Below, one piece after another: positions 38,407 to 49,750 of a stretch of 64,000 nt of DNA. The DNA is taken from assembly GCF_964355755.1 (NCBI RefSeq), contig NC_092677.1, positions 16,700,101 through 16,764,100 of the forward strand, read 5' to 3'. The DNA comes from Antedon mediterranea. Lineage: Eukaryota > Animalia > Echinodermata. Both the position numbers and the translations under genes were made by a program. The first letter of the stretch is position 1. Each line of letters begins with the position of its first letter. The notes beneath the pieces were generated by a model. That model was not told the origin of the DNA, made no database searches, and saw nothing but the letters and a program-made list of their open reading frames with translations.

Positions 38407-41400
38407 AAATTCTTATTCATTATAATCTTTATAAGCTGTGCTGCCATATTTAATGAAAATGATTCATTTATAATAATGCAATGTTTTTTCTTTATATATT
38501 GTATAGAATTGGTTGTGCAGGTTTTAAAGTAATTATGTGATAATATTATATTCAATGTAATTAATACAACTCTTTATAATTAGGTTGCTGGTTAAATACT
38601 AACAGTAAAGTGGTACAACTTGAGTACAAAACATAACATGAGCATAATTTTGAAACGAAATAAAAGCATTCACATTACTTCACTCGCATCACGTGGATAT
38701 GCACGAACAGTTATTGAGTGAATACTGTACATCATACAGAAAGCAATAGACTGGCCCAAAATAAAGGCAGGAGATACTGAAGCTTTGAATAAGAAAGAGA
38801 GAAATATTTTCAATAGAGAAACAATTAAAATTATCACATGAATAGATAAAAAACATGATCTCTGAATATAGCGCACTCCAATCAGAGAGATTATTGTCTA
38901 TGCATACCAAAGTGTACATAGACTTACTTAGTCTCTTGATCATTGTCAGATTCGGATAGAGCTCTTTGCTACAGGATATCAGAGTCTAGACGAAGAAGGT
39001 TTCCACACCATGTCAAGCGTCTTCTCTTTAATATAACTCTGCTCCACCTTTTCTTGTTTGTGTATTAATTACAAATTAAAAGGTTATGAAAAGGTAAAGA
39101 TTTTAATCTGAGGTTTTCTTATTTTTCTTTTAGGCAACAAACCAAGAGGGATATGGGATTGAAGTAAGACTTTACTGTCAATATTGTGTGTTTGTGCCAA
39201 AAGAGTGAGGAATATTGCTAACCAAGAATGGGTAACCAGCAATGAACGGAAAAACGTGGTGGGGCAAGAAGGAATCCCCAATACAACAATCTTTCGGGCC
39301 GAATAAAGTCCACATTAGTAGATTTAGGGTGTAATAACTCCATACAGAAAGTACCTACAAGATGAACAAAATGTATTTAAGCAAGAAATTGGCAAATAGA
39401 TGTTCAATATCAATACTATGGAATTTTTACCTTTCATTCGGAAACCCACGGAAAGATGTACTTGTATGTTCCTTTTGTGTGAATAAAAAAAGAAAAATAA
39501 CAACTGGTCCATTTTGTGGGTTTAGCGGGTGGGAAAAATTGGAAAGATAACAATGGAAATTGCTGTATTTTATATGCCAGGATATGACGGTACTCGCGTG
39601 AAATTGTCCAATTGCCAGATTGGAGAGAAATAGTGGTTACTACTGTACACTACCCTGATGAGACCAGTGGCTCAAAGCCTAGAACGTCCAAGCCAAACTC
39701 TGTTACCAAGACCAGTTCAATCAGTACAAATTTACACTCTTTAATATCAATTAAAAGGGGTAGCAATATTCACAGAACAATCACCCAACCTACTGATTGA
39801 AGATTGGACCAGAGATGTGCAGCACATATTAAGTTGTAGCAATTCCTACAGTTTTTGACAATAGTTCGAAATCTTGGAAGAATTGCACAAAAACTTATGT
39901 TGAACCTGCAAAGAGAGTGTCAGACACCAGCAAGTGGATTTAAAGAACTGAAAGAACAATTCAAAAATGTGTTCTCTGGTGACCCTTATTGGATTTTTAT
40001 CAGAGAATACAAATACAGGGCAAATTCTTATTCATTATAATCTTTATAAGCTGTGCTGCCATATTTAATGAAAATGATTCATTTATAATAATGCAATGTT
40101 TTTTCTTTATATATTGTATAGAATTGGTTGTGCAGGTTTTAAAGTAATTATGTGATAATATTATATTCAATGTAATTAATACAACTCTTTATAATTAGGT
40201 TGCTGGTTAAATACTAACAGTAAAGTGGTACAACTTGAGTACAAAACATAACATGAGCATAATTTTGAAACGAAATAAAAGCATTCACATTACTTCACTC
40301 GCATCACGTGGATATGCACGAACAGTTATTGAGTGAATACTGTACATCATACAGAAAGCAATAGACTGGCCCAAAATAAAGGCAGGAGATACTGAAGCTT
40401 TGAATAAGAAAGAGAGAAATATTTTCAATAGAGAAACATTTAAAATTATCACATGAATAGATAAAAAACATGATCTCTGAATATAGCGCACTCCAATCAG
40501 AGAGATTATTGTCTATGCATACCAAAGTGTACATAGACTTACTTAGTCTCTTGATCATTGTCAGATTCGGATAGAGCTCTTTGCTACAGGATATCAGAGT
40601 CTAGACGAAGAAGGTTTCCACACCATGTCAAGCGTCTTCTCTTTAATATAACTCTGCTCCACCTTTTCTTGTTTGTGTATTAATTAAAAATTAAAAGGTT
40701 ATGAAAAGGTAAAGATTTTAATCTGAGGTTTTCTTATTTTTCTTTTAGGCAACAAACCAAGAGGAATATGGGATTGAAGTAAGACTTTACTGTCAATATT
40801 GTGTGTTTGTGCCAAAAGAGTGAGGAATATTGCTAACCAAGAATGGGTAACCAGCAATGAACGGAAAAACGTGGTGGGGCAAGAAGGAATCCCCAATACA
40901 ACAATCTTTCGGGCCGAATAAAGTCCACATTAGTAGATTTAGGGTGTAATAACTCCATACAGAAAGTACCTACAAGATGAACAAAATGTATTTAAGCAAG
41001 AAATTGGCAAATAGATGTTCAATATCAATACTATGGAATTTTTACCTTTCATTCGGAAACCCACGGAAAGATGTACTTGTATGTTCCTTTTGTGTGAATA
41101 AAAAAAGAAAAATAACAACTGGTCCATTTTGTGGGTTTAGCGGGTGGGAAAAATTGGAAAGATAACAATGGAAATTGCTGTATTTTATATGCCAGGATAT
41201 GACGGTACTCGTGTGAAATTGTCCAATTGCCAGATTGGAGAGAAATAGTGGTTACTACTGTACACTACCCTGATGAGACCAGTGGCTCAAAGCCTAGAAC
41301 GTCCAAGCCAACCTCTGTTACCAAGACCAGTTCAATCAGTACAAGCAACTTCTGTTACCAAGACCAGTTCAATCAGTACAAATTTACACTCTTTAATATC

Positions 41401-44078
41401 AATTAAAAGGGGTAGCAATATTCACAGAACAATCACCCAACCTACTGATTGAAGATTGGACCAGAGATGTGCAGCACATATTAAGTTGTAGCAATTCCTA
41501 CAGTTTTTGACAATAGTTCGAAATCTTGGAAGAATTGCACAAAAACTTATGTTGAACCTGCAAAGAGAGTGTCAAACACCAGCAAGTGGATTTAAAGAAC
41601 TGAAAGAACAATTCAAAAATGTGTTCTCTGGTGACCCTTATTGGATTTTTATCACAGAATACAAATACAGGGCAAATTCTTATTCATTATAATCTTTATA
41701 AGCTGTGCTGCCATATTTAATGAAAATGATTCATTTATAATAATGCAATGTTTTTTCTTTATATATTGTATAGAATTGGTTGTGCAGGTTTTAAAGTAAT
41801 TATGTGATAATATTATATTCAATGCAATTAATACAACTCTTTATAATTAGGTTGCTGGTTAAATACTAACAGTAAAGTGGTACAACTTGAGTACAAAACA
41901 TAACATGAGCATAATTTTGAAACGAAATAAAAGCATTCACATTACTTCACTCGCATCACGTGGATATTGAGTGAATACTGTACATCATACAGAAAGCAAT
42001 AGACTGGCCCAAAATAAAGGCAGGAGATACTGAAGCTTTGAATAAGAAAGAGAGAAATATTTTCAATAGAGAAACATTTAAAATTATCACATGAATAGAT
42101 AAAAAACATGATCTCTGAATATAGCGCACTCCAATCAGAGAGATTATTGTCTATGCATACCAAAGTGTACATAGACTTACTTAGTCTCTTGATCATTGTC
42201 AGATTCGGATAGAGCTCTTTGCTACAGGATATCAGAGTCTAGACGAAGAAGGTTTCCACACCATGTCAAGCGTCTTCTCTTTAATATAACTCTGCTCCAC
42301 CTTTTCTTGTTTGTGTATTAATTACAAATAAAAAGGTTATGAAAAGGTAAAGATTTTAATCTTAGGTTTTCTTATTTTTCTTTTAGGCAACAAACCAAGA
42401 GGGATATGGGATTGAAGTAAGACTTTACTGTCAATATTGTGTGTTTGTGCCAAAAGAGTGAGGAATATTGCTAACCAAGAATGGGTAACCAGCAATGAAC
42501 GGAAAAACGTGGTGGGGCAAGAAGGAATCCCCAATACAACAATCTTTCGGGCCGAATAAAGTCCACATTAGTAGATTTAGGGTGTAATAACTCCATACAG
42601 AAAGTACCTACAAGATGAACAAAATGTATTTAAGCAAGAAATTGGCAAATAGATGTTCAATATCAATACTATGGAATTTTTACCTTTCATTCGGAAACCC
42701 ACGGAAAGATGTACTTGTATGTTCCTTTTGTGTGAATAAAAAAAGAAAAATAACAACTGGTCCATTTTGTGGGTTTAGCGGGTGGGAAAAATTGGAAAGA
42801 TAACAATGGAAATTGCTGTATTTTATATGCCAGGATATGACGGTACTCGCGTGAAATTGTCCAATTGCCAGATTGGAGAGAAATAGTGGTTACTACTGTA
42901 CACACCCTGATGAGACCAGTGGCTCAAAGCCTAGAACGTCCAAGCCAACCTCTGTTACCAAGACCAGTTCAATCAGTACAAGCAACTTCTGTTACCAAGA
43001 CCAGTTCAATCAGTACAAATTTACACTCTTTAATATCAATTAAAAGGGGTAGCAATATTCACAGAACAATCACCCAACCTATTGATTGAAGATTGGACCA
43101 GAGATGTGCAGCACATATTAAGTTGTAGCAATTCCTACAGTTTTTGACAATAGTTCGAAATCTTGGAAGAATTGCACAAAAACTGATGTTGAACCTGCAA
43201 AGAGAGTGTCAGACACCAGCAAGTGGATTTAAAGAACTGAAAGTACAATTCAAAAATGTGTTCTCTGGTGACCCTTTATTGGATTTTTATCAGAGAATAC
43301 AAATACAGGGCAAATTCTTATTCATTATAATCTTTATAAGCTGTGCTGCCATATTTAATGAAAATGATTCATTTATAATAATGCAATATTTTTCTTTATA
43401 TATTGTATAGAATTGGTTGTGCGTGTTGTAAAGTAATTATCTGATAATATAATATTCAATGTAATTAATACAACTCTTTATAATTAGGTTGCTGGTTAAA
43501 TACTAAGAGTAAAGTGGTACAACTTGAGTACAAAACATAACATGAGCATAATTTTGAAACGAAATAAAAGCATTCACATTACTTTACTCGCATCACGCGG
43601 ATATGCACGAACAGTTATTGAGTGAATACTGTACATCATACAGAAAGCAATAGACTGGCCCAAAATAAAGGCAGGAGATACTGAAGCTTTGAATAAGAAA
43701 GAGAGAAATATTTTCAATAGAGAAACATCAAAAATTATCAGATGAATAGATAAAAAACATGAACTCTGAATATAGCGCACTCCAATCAGAGCGATTATTG
43801 TCTATGCATACCAAAGTGTACATAGACTTACTTAGTCTCTTGATCCTTGTCAGATTCGGATAGAGCTCTTCGCTACAGGATATCAGAGTCTAGACGAAGA
43901 AGGTTTCCACACCATGTCAAGCCTCTTCTCTTTAATATAACTCTTCTCCACCTTTCCTTGTTTGTGTATTAATTACAAATTAAAAGGTTATGAAAAGGTA
44001 AAGATTTTAATCTTTGGTTTTCTTATTTTTCTTTTAGGCAACAAACCAAGAGGGATATGGGATTGAAGTAAGACTTTA

Positions 44079-44580
44079 CTGTCAATATTGTGTCCCAGAA
44101 TGAAAAAACATGGTGGGGCAAGAAGGAATCCCTTAATACAACAATCTTTTGGGCAGAATAAAGCCAACATTAGTAGATTTAGGGCGTAATAACTCCATAC
44201 AGAAAGTACCTACCAGGTGAACAAAATGTACCAGCAACAAATGGGCAAATAGATGTTCAATATCAATACTATGGAATTGTTATGACATCCATGCCATCAA
44301 CCTTTCATTCGGAAACCCATGGAAAGATGTACATGTATGTTCCTTTTGTGTGAAGAAAAAAAAGTAAAATTAGAACCACAGGAAACCCAGAAGTTAAACG
44401 AGAATTGACAACTGAATTAATTCATCACAAAATGAGAGCAAACAAATTATAATCTCTACTGAAGGACATTTATGATGTAACAGTGTTTACAGTGTCATTC
44501 GACTTCATGCTAAATAAGGCACTTCCGAAATATCCGATCGGTAAGCTTACTATGCAAGGCTTGGCATCATTGCTCATTGA
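44079..44580 (+). mobile_element. Sola-like DNA transposase fragment; shorter versions in upstream units
   Basis: EKRGGARR (upstream units), YRKYLP, NLSFGNPWKDV.VCSFC, ELIHHKMRANK, TVSFDFMLNKALPK, AYYAR. Confidence 0.65.
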
Positions 44581-45022
44581 CTAGGTTAGCTTACATGACA
44601 CATAAATTCTTTATCGAGGTTTCCATAACAACTAGCTCATTGTGTGGGTTTAGCGGGTGGGAAAATTGGATAGATAATTAAATTTACAATGGAAAATTTG
44701 CTGTATATAATATGACAGGATATGGCGGTACTTGTGAAATTGTCCGACCAAAAAAATCCCCATATTGGAGAGAAATAGTGGTTACTATACTCTCCTTATG
44801 AGACCAGTGTCTCAAAGTCTAGAAACTCCAAGTCAACCTCTGTTACCAAGACCAGTTCAATCAGTACAAATTTACACCCTAGCATATCAATTAAAAGGGG
44901 TACCAATATTCACAGGACAATCATCTAACCTAATGATTGAGGATTGGACAAGAGATGTGCAGCACATATTAAGTTGTATAGGAACCTACAGTTTTTGACG
45001 ATAGTTTAAAATCTTGGAGGAA

Positions 45023-45324
45023 CTGAAAAAGAACTAGTTGCTGCATCGTTGTCAAAAACCACATCGAAGCAATATACAGCTAACTGGAAATGCTTAGCTT
45101 TACACGGTTTAAAAACACCAAATCACAGCCTGTCGCTACCAGAAAACGGGCATGCCATTATTAGGCAGTACGTTACATATCTTCATACACAAGGGCTTGC
45201 GCCAAGTACCATAAGGACATACCTCAGTGCTGTATCATTCATGCACAATATCAATCTATTTGAAGACCCTACAGCATTTTGTTTAAAAATTCATTTATCA
45301 GCTCTCAAGAATATTTTAGATTAG
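45023..45324 (+). mobile_element. DIRS/Ngaro-type tyrosine recombinase N-terminal (SAM-like) fragment
   Basis: LVAASLSKTTSKQYTANW...YVTYLHTQGLAPSTIRTYLSAVSFMH...EDPT. Confidence 0.75.
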
Positions 45325-45409
45325 TAATTTAGTGCATCGTTTTGTTTAAAAAAATTATTATCTGTATACCAATAACGTAAATTTGACATTATTGGTAATA
45401 ATAAGCATA

Positions 45410-46562
45410 CTCCAAGTAGGAAAAGAAAGTTTTGTGGTAACAGGTATACAAAATTATCAAATGTTCCTGTTGGATAGCCAGAGGAACTACAGCCTGCGCC
45501 ATCTTCTGCATCAGCCAAAAAATTGAAGAATGCCTGAAGAATGTGACATATCAACTTAAGAAGGTTTAACAGGATTCTTATTTATAACAATAGAAATCCT
45601 AACTGTCCTTATAAACCAATGTTCATCATAGGGATTTACAATTAGACATGGCAACGATATCAAGCGCGGGCTTGCCCAACAGTTAGATGTTCAGTGTAAT
45701 TCATGCTGTTACAAAGACACATTTTATAACAGTGGAAAGGTTGGCACAACAGGTGTATTTGAAGTGAACATGCGCATTGTTATGGCATTCTGCAACATTT
45801 CTAAAGGATTTGAGGCCCTGAAATCATTTTGCGGCATTATGAATATGCCAAAATGTCCTCAAGATCATAATACTACCTTGTGACAAAACTTTTAAGTGCA
45901 TTTAATTACCAGGCTACTGAAAGCATAAAGGAAGCTGGCAGTGATGTCCGTAAACAAGGAAAACAAAGTGCAATATCTGTAGCTGGTACATGGCAGCGAC
46001 GTGGCCGGCATCATAACAATTCTATCTATTCTTACTGGCAAGGTTCTTGATGTATATGTAATGTCAAAAAAATGTAAAAGCTGTGAAACATGGGAAAAAC
46101 GGACAAGAACACAATAAAATACTAACAGTGGGCAGCTAATTACAAATGCCCAGTCAACCATAAGGGTAGCTCCGGATCGATGGAACCTGCTGGCGCCAAA
46201 GAGATGTTCCATATGTCAGAATCATTAAATGGACTGCAGTATACAGAATATATTGGAGATGGGGAGTAATTTGGCAGCGGGCAAACAAAACAGTGGAATT
46301 GGCCACAAATTGGGCAGTTTGCAACTTCAATGATGGGAGGGGGATATCGATATTAAAAATGTTAACTCCTTGAACATTATCCCTGGCAGTTACACCAACC
46401 GATTTGTCACAAAACTGGACAATAAGCGGTCAACTATGGCAAATCGCGCTTCTTCGACGCCAGTCAAAAAGCGTCGAAAGCAACTAAGGGCAATTAAAAA
46501 GGGCTTTGCTGACAAAAATGCAGAGAAAGAAGGTGTAACCTACTTAGCTGGTGCATTCTAAA
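45410..46562 (+). mobile_element. Deleted Mutator-like/Kolobok-like transposase
   Basis: RKRKFCGNRYT, SASAKKL, FEVNMRIVMAF, FCGIMNMP, GTWQRRG, TGKVLDV.VMSKKCKSC, NHKGSSGSMEPAGA, YTEYIGDG, C-terminus EGVTYLAGAF*. Confidence 0.85.
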
Positions 46563-47616
46563 CCATTATTCTTAGAAGTTTTCCATACAAATTATTGATA
46601 AACTACATTTGCATCTGTATTAGACTACTTTATAAACTAAAACGTGTGATTTCTCAGTTTCATAAATACTATAGCTCCTACTTGTCTGAAATTTGCTGAG
46701 TATCTTCCCAGTATATGTATAGAGGGCTAAAATAATTCAAATTGTTCAATTCATTAAGAAATTATTGCTTTATGAATACGTAATTAGGCAGGTCAATTTT
46801 ATTTTTTTTATTTATAGAAGAATAATTTTGTTCTGTTACATGTGTTTAATTCAATTTAGTTCAGGACCTGTATCTTTAAAAGAGCTTTAAAATGATATAT
46901 TGTATGACCACTTTCCATTAGCCAATATTTATTTATATTAAAAAAACCAGTATGCAAATTACGGTAATTAATTATGAATATATAATTAGCTAATTTGCAT
47001 ATATTATAATTATTATTGTTCCATTTTACTTGTTCTTTCAATAAATCCAAAAATCTTTGAAAAAAAGTAAAAATTGTGGATTTTTTTTCTCTGTACTGTA
47101 ATACCTTAACTATCTTTATTGTAATGATAGATGCAATACATGCCAAATGAATGAGAGGAAAAGCAATTGCTCAATTATTTGCTGTCCGTATTTACAGTAT
47201 CTCTACACATGCTTTTACTAAATAAATGTTATATTTAAACCCGGTTTCCAAAATGAATTTTTAACATGCTGTAAAGACAGAGTTGGATAAAAGTAAACTA
47301 ATAATTAATGAATGTTTATGAGTTGAATAGAACAATCTTTGATTAAATAGAACATACAATCATTCAACAAAAGAACTATTGTCGCGAGGTGTTTTCCAGA
47401 TTAATCATACGATCAAAACGAAGAAGTACTGATGAAGAACTCAATCTGTGGCGACTGTAGAATGGACCAGAGACCTGACTTTCTTCAACTTTTAAATGTT
47501 GTTGATGTTGAGATACTAAACTAATGCTTTTTAATTGTAGAATTGCACTGTAAACCCTCTGTTGTCAGTGATTCATAAAATTACCTGGTGCAGACAGCCC
47601 TGTGTCTGACTGCATG

Positions 47617-49700
47617 TTATAGTGCTTTCTCGCTGTAGAAAACACCCCAGGTTAGGTCACCATTATCAATTATCTGCACTTTCTTTTTCCAAACATCCAA
47701 CCAATCATCTACAAACGCTTGGTCAAATTCCTGAAAAAAAATGAAGTAGTATTTCAAGGTCCACCACAAGGTTGGGTCTGAGGTAAGAACATTGATGAAT
47801 TTATCATGTTAGCAAATTAAAACTTACTTTTAAAAGGCTTTCTTTTTTGTTTACAAAACTGATATTTTCTTTGACAGCACACTCACGAAAAATGTCATGC
47901 TTAACCTGAACATCATTATTGACAAAACCAGCATCTTTGATCAGCTATAGAGATAAATAGATAAATGAAATTTATGATATTTGTATAAGTTTGACCACGA
48001 AGGTATCGTAGGTGGCATATGTTGGTAGAGCAGACACAAGCATGTGAATTGAGATGCCATCAGAGTGTGACTAAAGCTGCCCTCAAGAGTGTGACTTGAG
48101 GTCATGGTGTGTTACTTAGCCACAAGGTGCCAGATAAGGTGGAAGAAAAGTAACCAAAATTGGAAACAAAAACCACCAAGATAGAAGAGCGGCCAAGTTA
48201 CAATAAAGGAGTTAACTGGGTTGCCTTGTTATTATATCATCTGTTAAAAGGTAAATTAGATACCAATCTTGTTCTTACTTGTCCATATGTGGGTGGTGTT
48301 ATAAGAAACCAGACATTTGCCCTTTTTTCCATATAAGCTTGCATAAGGTCAGAAAATTGTTCATTCTCAGTTTTACAGTAATCAGTGATCAGCAGTTTTC
48401 CACCAGGCTTCAGCCATTTCTAGAAAAAAACATTCACACAATCGATAGATAAAGAAAAGGGTATAAACACATTAAAATACACAAACAGCGAAAATACAGT
48501 ATACTCTCTTGTTTTGTTTTATATTTAGGCAAATTGCCAAGGATAACTAAAGGCGAATTCATTCACTATCCTTCTTAAAAGTGACAATCCTGTTCACAAG
48601 ACAAACATACACAAGATGCTCCACATTAACAAAGTCTTATTACAAGTCTCTATGAGTGGAGTTGTAATTTGTCATTAGAAAAAATCTTGACATGACAGGA
48701 CTTGAATCCATGATACTTGGAATGGTAGCCAAGCCACAACTCCACTCCGCCATTTTTTTAATGTTTGCGCGAAACAAAAGCTTGCATATTCATATTTTCA
48801 ATTGTATACATACAAGAAATTTCTTGAATAGGTCTTTCTTTCTAACAATGTGAAGAATGACATCTTTGCTATAAATAGCATCAAAATATCCTTCTGGAAA
48901 TTCTCGTCGTTCAATATCACACACTTCCAACTCAATCTAAAAAATTAGTAAAGCAATAAATATAATTCAATTGTCAGTTATGTGAGAGAACACAGCGAAA
49001 TGTTACATGGATCAGCATACTCCTTCTGTTTTTTAGTGTACTATTATTATTAAGGTGTTTAGCATACAAACATACACCGTATGTACACAGGGTTACATCC
49101 TATTCAAATGAGAAGGCAGTGAGAGTAAAGCTCGACTAATGATACAATCAATATGACACAATTCATTCCTCAATATGATCCTGATCCAGAATTACTCTCT
49201 GAAATGTCATACAGAACATTCATTTATTTAAGCCATTCCCATATGCCTAAAAAGATGGCTTTAGGAACACTTGCACCTTCTTCCCTCACCATTTCTGCTG
49301 CCAATGCCAATCTGAAGCGTGGTTTCTAGAACTCATAGTGTTTTTATTTTTTATCACAAGAAATATTATTATAAACGAAAATGAAATCTATTTGCAAATT
49401 TTTACGGGATTTAATTCAGTAAGTGCAGAAACATTCTGCATGAGAGGCCAATATAGCAGTTTAAGGTAAACATTCTGCATGAGTGGCCTTAATAGCAGTG
49501 TAAGGTAAACATTCTGCATGAGTGGCCAATATAGCAGTTTAAGGTAAACATTCTTACATTCAAATCTTGTAGCTTTTCAGTTGCTTCTGCTGCTGCGTTA
49601 ATCATGTTAGATGATATGTCAACTCCAATCATGTGCGTCTTGTATTTCTAAATAAAGCACAACAAATATTGTGAACAACATTATCAAACAATTATATATG

Positions 49701-49750
<50 letters not shown>

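Larger units (their letters stand above)
37415..45020 (+). repeat. Tandem array B: ~4.6 units of ~1.62-1.65 kb composite TE-fragment mosaic
   Basis: Sola-fragment start recurs near 37538, 39175, 40790, 42428 and 44079; units differ by SNPs and a 37 bp duplication. Confidence 0.97.

Noticed and set aside
28795-44170. Many recurring 60-110 aa ORFs as a multicopy small-protein family
   Set aside because: They recur only because the DNA is tandemly duplicated; many are off-frame or antisense shadows of decayed TE pieces with non-ATG starts
27916-45020. Arrays as pure assembly artefact
   Set aside because: Units carry distinct SNPs and indels (37 bp, ~40 bp, templated inserts), favouring real copies; exact copy number still needs reads
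47415-47450. Hammerhead ribozyme core (ctgatga)
   Set aside because: No GAAA with compatible stems found
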